This document shows, piece after piece, positions 62,160 to 64,000 of a stretch of DNA of 64,000 bases. The stretch comes from Azonexus sp. GTDB taxonomy: Bacteria; Pseudomonadota; Gammaproteobacteria; Burkholderiales; Rhodocyclaceae. Location of the stretch: the NCBI RefSeq assembly GCF_031260295.1, contig NZ_JAIRKE010000052.1, one strand, 5' to 3'. Numbering within the stretch: position 1 is the first letter of the stretch; each line of letters starts with the position of its first letter. Position numbers and translations under genes: made by a program. Under the pieces are notes generated by a model. It saw only the letters and a program-made list of their open reading frames with translations. It was not told where the DNA came from and made no database searches.

Positions 62160-62770
62160 CAGCGCTGCTGCGTCAGGCGATAGACCGCCAGGCTGCCGAG
62201 GAAGTTGAGTTCGCGTTCGTCGTCGTTGTCGACCGGTTGCCCGTGTTCATCGAGCACCTTGCGCTCGCGGATCAAGAGGCCCGTCTGCCGGCACAGTGAT
62301 TCGAAGTCGAGCAGCGTGAAGAAGCGCACGTTGGGCGAGTCGTACCACTGGTAAGGCAGGTCTTCCGAGACCGGCATGCGGCCGTCGAGCACCGAGCGCA
62401 GGTTTTTCCAGTAGGCGAAATTGGGGAAGGAGACGACCGCCTCGCGCCCGACGCGCAGCATCTCAAGCAGGATGCCCTCGGTGTGGCGCACGGTTTGCAG
62501 GGTGCGCGACAGGATGACGTGATCGAAAGCCTGGTCGGCGAATTCATCCAGCCCCTTTTCCAGATTGCCCTGGATGACGTTGATGCCGTTCCTGATCGCC
62601 GCCAGGATGTTGGCGTCGTCGATCTCGACGCCGCAGCCGCTGACACCGCGGCTGTCGATCAGGTGGCGGAGCAGGCTGCCGTCGCCGCAGCCGAGGTCGA
62701 GCACCTTGTGCCCCGGCTCGATCCAGCCGGCGATGACGTCGAAATCGGGGCGCTTCTGGATGTGCGTCAT
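62159..62770 (-). CDS. metW: Methionine biosynthesis protein MetW
   Basis: SAM-methyltransferase-like [11 protein letters not shown]. 203 aa starting [10 protein letters not shown]. Only the C-terminal part of the 503-aa ORF-track entry is real; the upstream part of that ORF is an alternative frame of metX. Confidence 0.9.
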   Translation of the reverse strand: MTHIQKRPDFDVIAGWIEPGHKVLDLGCGDGSLLRHLIDSRGVSGCGVEIDDANILAAIRNGINVIQGNLEKGLDEFADQAFDHVILSRTLQTVRHTEGILLEMLRVGREAVVSFPNFAYWKNLRSVLDGRMPVSEDLPYQWYDSPNVRFFTLLDFESLCRQTGLLIRERKVLDEHGQPVDNDDERELNFLGSLAVYRLTQQR

Positions 62771-63891
62771 AGCGTGATGTTTTTGAGCCAGGCGTCGATG
62801 AGGCCGTGATAGTGGGCATCCGCCATCAAAAAGGAGTCGTGGCCGAAATTGAGGTCGATTTCGGCGTAGGAAACGTTGCGGCCGCTGGCCAGCAGCGCCG
62901 CGACGATTTCCTTGGAGCGCGCCGGGGCGAAGCGCCAGTCGGTGGTGAACGAGGCGATGAGAAAATTGGCCCGGCTGCGCGCCAGCGTCGCCTTCAGGTC
63001 GCCGCCGTCCTCGCGCGAGGGGTCGAAATAATCGAGCGCCTTGGTCATCAGCAGATAGGTATTGGCGTCGAAAGTGCCGGCGAATTTGTCGCCCTGATAG
63101 CGCAGATAGGATTCGACCTCGAATTCGACGTCGAAATCGAAGGCGAAGGAGCCATTTCGCAACTCGCGGCCAAATTTTTCGCCCATCTGGTCGTCCGACA
63201 GATAGGTGATGTGGCCGAGCATCCGCGCCAGACGCAGGCCGCGCGTTGGCCGCGTGTTGTGCTCGTAGTAGTGGCCGCCGTGAAAATCCGGGTCGGTCAG
63301 GATGGCCTGGCGGGCCACGTCGTTGAAAGCGATGTTCTGCGCCGACAGTTTCGGCGCGGCGGCGATGACGACGGCGTTGCGGATGCGCTCCGGGTAGGTG
63401 ATGCTCCAGCGCAGCGCCTGCATCCCGCCCAGGCTGCCGCCGATGACCGCCGCCCAACTGTCGATGCCGAGCAGATCGGCCAGCCGCGCCTGGGCATGCA
63501 CCCAGTCGATGACCGCGACCATCGGGAAATCCGCTCCCCACGGCTTGCCCGTGGCCGGATTGAGGGTCGACGGCCCGGTCGAGCCGTGGCAACCGCCCAG
63601 GTTGTTCACGCCGACGACGAAGTAGCGGTCGGTATCGAGCGGTCGGCCGGGGCCGATGAGGTTGTCCCACCAGCCGATGTTCTCCGGCTGATCGGCATAA
63701 TGACCGGCAACGTGGTGATGCCCGGAAAGAGCGTGGCAGACGAGAATAGCGTTCGATTTGGCGGCATTGAGCGTGCCGTAAGTCTCATAAACCAGATCGT
63801 AAGCCGGCAGCACGCCGCCGCTGCGCAGGTTCAGCGGTTGCTCGAAATGGGCGCGCTGTGAATGAACGACGCCGACGGATTGTCCTGGCAT
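62767..63891 (-). CDS. metX: Homoserine O-acyltransferase MetX
   Basis: Alpha/beta-hydrolase with [10 protein letters not shown] nucleophile elbow. 374 aa. Its TGA overlaps the metW ATG. Confidence 0.9.
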   Translation of the reverse strand: MPGQSVGVVHSQRAHFEQPLNLRSGGVLPAYDLVYETYGTLNAAKSNAILVCHALSGHHHVAGHYADQPENIGWWDNLIGPGRPLDTDRYFVVGVNNLGGCHGSTGPSTLNPATGKPWGADFPMVAVIDWVHAQARLADLLGIDSWAAVIGGSLGGMQALRWSITYPERIRNAVVIAAAPKLSAQNIAFNDVARQAILTDPDFHGGHYYEHNTRPTRGLRLARMLGHITYLSDDQMGEKFGRELRNGSFAFDFDVEFEVESYLRYQGDKFAGTFDANTYLLMTKALDYFDPSREDGGDLKATLARSRANFLIASFTTDWRFAPARSKEIVAALLASGRNVSYAEIDLNFGHDSFLMADAHYHGLIDAWLKNITL

Positions 63892-63894
63892 GTG

Positions 63895-64000
63895 CTTCCT
63901 GAAAACAAAAAACCCGGTTGGCCGAAAACGCGAACCGGGCGATTCCCGTTTAGCGGCATTTGTCGCGCGCCCGCAAGCAGAGCAAATCGGCGCGGCTGGC
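63895..64000 (-). ncRNA. Putative SAM-II-like riboswitch with intrinsic-terminator expression platform in the metX leader (may be truncated by the window edge)
   Basis: The leader on the minus strand reads ...CGAUUUGCUCUGCUUGCGGGC...GCCGCUAAAC..., resembling the SAM-II core (GCUUGC / GCUAAA). Then a hairpin CCCGGUUCGCGUUUUCGGCCAACCGGG (plus strand ~63913-63939) and UUUUUUGUUUU. Then the AGGAAG Shine-Dalgarno and ATG. Confidence 0.4.

Noticed and set aside
62159-63670. 503-aa ORF as a single large protein
   Set aside because: Only the C-terminal 203 aa (MetW) are real. The upstream part is the +1/-1 alternative frame of metX, kept open by GC-rich codon bias.

Overview
The window is high-GC (about 65%) chromosomal DNA, most likely from a betaproteobacterium of the Rhodocyclales/Dechloromonas type, densely packed with mostly housekeeping genes. 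Left to right it contains: a partial REC-TPR regulator and a secreted W/G-repeat protein; a 1465-aa hybrid sensor kinase with a cognate REC-HD-GYP regulator; a LysE-type exporter; nrdAB with dinB upstream, and a LexA box overlapping the dinB start; a GIY-YIG protein, a Lon-N-domain protein and ubiX; a Gx-transporter/NusG-II pair and rapZ; an M20 hydrolase; a roughly 1-kb low-GC islet with two small genes, one with a zinc-ribbon domain; an unknown 327-aa protein coupled to HMG-CoA lyase; a LOG-family protein and a metallophosphoesterase; and then a co-oriented roughly 10-kb block that I rate the most interesting. That block runs YjfI(DUF2170), PspA/IM30 (ESCRT-III superfamily), a small coupled ORF, NfeD/YqiJ, flotillin, and a 1744-aa protein whose only recognisable module is one AAA+ ATPase domain. 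Further right are an acyl-CoA dehydrogenase, a DUF488 protein, a thiolase, a GNAT::beta-carbonic-anhydrase fusion, an MBL hydrolase with phaC, a FUSC-family protein, the O2-independent ubiquinone genes ubiU-ubiV-ubiT, the cell-shape cluster rlpA-rodA-mrdA-mreDCB, and gatC-gatA-(lipoprotein)-gatB. The gatB gene carries an internal low-GC mosaic segment. The window ends with pyrE, xthA, yqjD-yqjE-yqjK plus a low-GC small ORF, ampG, and metW-metX preceded by a SAM-II-like leader with a terminator. I found no tRNA, rRNA, CRISPR array or obvious IS element. My line-based coordinates for non-coding elements may be off by 1-2 nt. CDS coordinates follow the supplied ORF frames, with start codons re-chosen where the ORF track over-extended.
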